Source: Selaginella moellendorffii (lineage: Eukaryota > Plantae > Lycopodiophyta). Taken from it: a stretch of 64,000 nucleotides of DNA. The stretch covers positions 1,121,955 to 1,185,954 of the forward strand of contig NW_003314275.1 in assembly GCF_000143415.4 (NCBI RefSeq). Reading direction: 5' to 3'. The position numbers and the translations under genes are program-made. The notes below the pieces were generated by a model. That model saw nothing but the letters and a program-made list of their open reading frames with translations. It did not search any database and was not told the origin of the DNA. Position 1 is the stretch's first letter; each line of letters starts with the position of its first letter. This document shows, one piece after another, positions 62,197-64,000 of this stretch.

Positions 62197-63162
62197 ATGA
62201 AAATCACTGCTTTCGTTACTGCTGCTCTTGTTTTGGCAATCCTCTCAATGGGTGTTGGATCTTTGATCCTTCGGCACCATGGTCCCCAAAGCATTCTTTC
62301 TGCTAGCCGGGCAGTGATCTTCCGCAAGATTGTGGAAGTCATCATGGAAGAAGTCTCCAGGGTCCATACATACTCAGCTGGAATATCAATTGGAGATCTC
62401 ACTCTACAAGTCGAAGGCCGTCTAGTCTCCATAACCGTCAGTGTAGCCGAGACATGGAGGAGTCTTTTTGGCGAGCTTCTCATGTGTAGCATCTTTCCCT
62501 CACTGGGGATTGTCCAGAGACCCGGCACAAGGCTGATGATGGGCTTCATGAAGCTCTACCATGTTCTTGCCGACCTAGAATTAACAAAGGAAAACTATGC
62601 TTCCATGGAGATTATTCACGAGAGGCTCTCGATCAGGTACACTGTCCTTGAAGAATCTGATTTAGAATCTGTTAGGATACTAGATCACTACCATGTAAAT
62701 CGCACAAAAAGCGTTGATTATTTACGACTCGAGAGTGTTCCGGAGCTTTTGGATGGTCCTGGCGACGATGATGAGCACATACCAGACTGTTGGGTTTATA
62801 AGTCATGCATGGTGGGTGGGGGCGAGGATTCAGACGTCTCACGCATCGACACTGATGGCTATCTTGAATCGGCCGATGGAGTCTATTTTCTCCGAATGCA
62901 AAGAGATTGCAACCTTGTTTTATATCTTGGGAATCAGGCAGTGTGGGCAAGCAACACGCAAAACTGGGGGAAAGGATGTCACCTGAGGCTACAAGGGGAT
63001 GGCAACCTGGTTGTTTATGATGAGAATGGGGAGGCTATGTGGAGCAACAATAAGAATTGTGGGCGTGGGTGTGGTCTTCTCTATGCTATGTGTGTTGAGC
63101 CATCAGGGCATATTGTTGTGAATGACATAGGACATCAAACGTGCATCTGGATCAGTTCATAA
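62197..63162 (+). CDS. Secreted novel-domain + bulb-type lectin, paralog of 39230-40198
   Basis: Intronless, with signal peptide MKITAFVTAALVLAILSMG. Two intact QxDxNxVxY sites (QRDCNLVLY, QGDGNLVVY). Confidence 0.87.
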   Translation: MKITAFVTAALVLAILSMGVGSLILRHHGPQSILSASRAVIFRKIVEVIMEEVSRVHTYSAGISIGDLTLQVEGRLVSITVSVAETWRSLFGELLMCSIFPSLGIVQRPGTRLMMGFMKLYHVLADLELTKENYASMEIIHERLSIRYTVLEESDLESVRILDHYHVNRTKSVDYLRLESVPELLDGPGDDDEHIPDCWVYKSCMVGGGEDSDVSRIDTDGYLESADGVYFLRMQRDCNLVLYLGNQAVWASNTQNWGKGCHLRLQGDGNLVVYDENGEAMWSNNKNCGRGCGLLYAMCVEPSGHIVVNDIGHQTCIWISS

Positions 63163-63919
63163 GTCGTTGCAAAGATAGATTAATAGTTCATCTCCACTTT
63201 TATTTAGGCACTATGCTTCGTTTCACCAAGTAAATGTAGTTGCACCAAGGGAATGGAAATGAGGCCTCAATGCCTCATTTCCATTTCCTCTTGTATCCAA
63301 CTATCGGTCTCATTAAAGTTCACTCTTAGGTTGGTTATGGATCAAGTACCTACCCGCGGGTTGGAATCCTTGTGAGGCTGTGTCCCAGCAAATCTCTTTG
63401 GGGATGGCTTTCACAATCTTGAGAGCAAAGCACCATACTCGTCCGTTCTATGGTTGACAACACCATCTTTAAATTAGGATTTGGTCACGAGCCACCGCGA
63501 ATTACCACCGAGGATCATCGCAACATCGCGTCACGATTGCCCTGCTCCCATCATCCTTTTTGATCCAGCCAGCTCCCCAAGATTTAGTTGGGGTGAGGGC
63601 ATGCTCAAGACTCCCATAGTGAAATATCTTTATCTTTATCTTTGCTAGAATCTATGGAATCTCTGCTCGTTCATTCGCTGGAGAACGAAGAGCAAAAAAA
63701 CTTCCCCCTAACCCACTTTTGTTTGTTTTTGGCAGACAGACAAAACAGAGAAGTTCATGAATAGTTGTCTCCTTGCTTAGAAGAACCGCATGTAGACTTT
63801 GACTTTCCTGGCAAATAAACGTATATCCGCACAATTGACGCTTAGAAATGACGAGAGGTCAAAATAAAAATGCTGCAACGCTTCTCTCTTCAATCGTACA
63901 TAGTCGGGATCAGGAAAGA

Positions 63920-64000
63920 ATGAAAATCGCCACCTTCATTGTTGCTGCTCTTATTGTGTCAATTCTCTCGACTGGTGTTTCTTTGATAGTTCGGCCGCAT
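63920..64000 (+). CDS. Third copy of the lectin family (5' end only; runs off the window)
   Basis: MKIATFIVAALIVSILSTGVSLIVRPH. The upstream sequence (GTATATCCGCACA...GAGAGGT...ATAAAAATG...GGGATCAG) duplicates 62097-62196. Confidence 0.8.
   Translation, partial: MKIATFIVAALIVSILSTGVSLIVRPH

Noticed and set aside
63250-63290. Short hairpin GGAAATGAGGC / GCCTCATTTCC after the lectin gene
   Set aside because: Too short for a miRNA precursor, and intrinsic terminators are not expected here. Probably a chance or MITE remnant.

Overview
Eukaryotic land-plant genomic DNA, most likely the lycophyte Selaginella (inferred from ~50-60 nt introns, compact genes, PLS-PPR style and a non-seed-plant-like 5S fragment; not verified by search). 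There is one 100-N assembly gap at 11299-11398. Gene islands encode a DRM-type DNA methyltransferase (one frameshift), a GT34/MNN10-like glycosyltransferase, COQ5, a CYP71-clan P450, a prolyl 4-hydroxylase, a frameshifted PLS-PPR, an IQD protein, a HAD hydrolase, an organellar ClpB, a G-patch protein and three copies of a secreted bulb-type lectin with an unrecognised N-terminal domain. These islands alternate with nests of decayed Ty3/gypsy elements (about 1-9 kb, 27-35 kb, 50-56 kb). Most notable observations: (i) four copies of a very small Cassandra-type TRIM whose ~195-bp LTR carries a 5S rRNA internal Pol III promoter segment, with TSDs, PBS and PPT readable; (ii) an inverted pair of Crinkler/RHS-like NTPase + restriction-fold nuclease genes with a mitochondrial-presequence-like N-terminus, one split by a hAT remnant; (iii) the novel-domain lectin family; (iv) a gene built from tandemly duplicated exon-intron units; (v) a tandem COQ5-CYP duplication with reciprocal gene loss.
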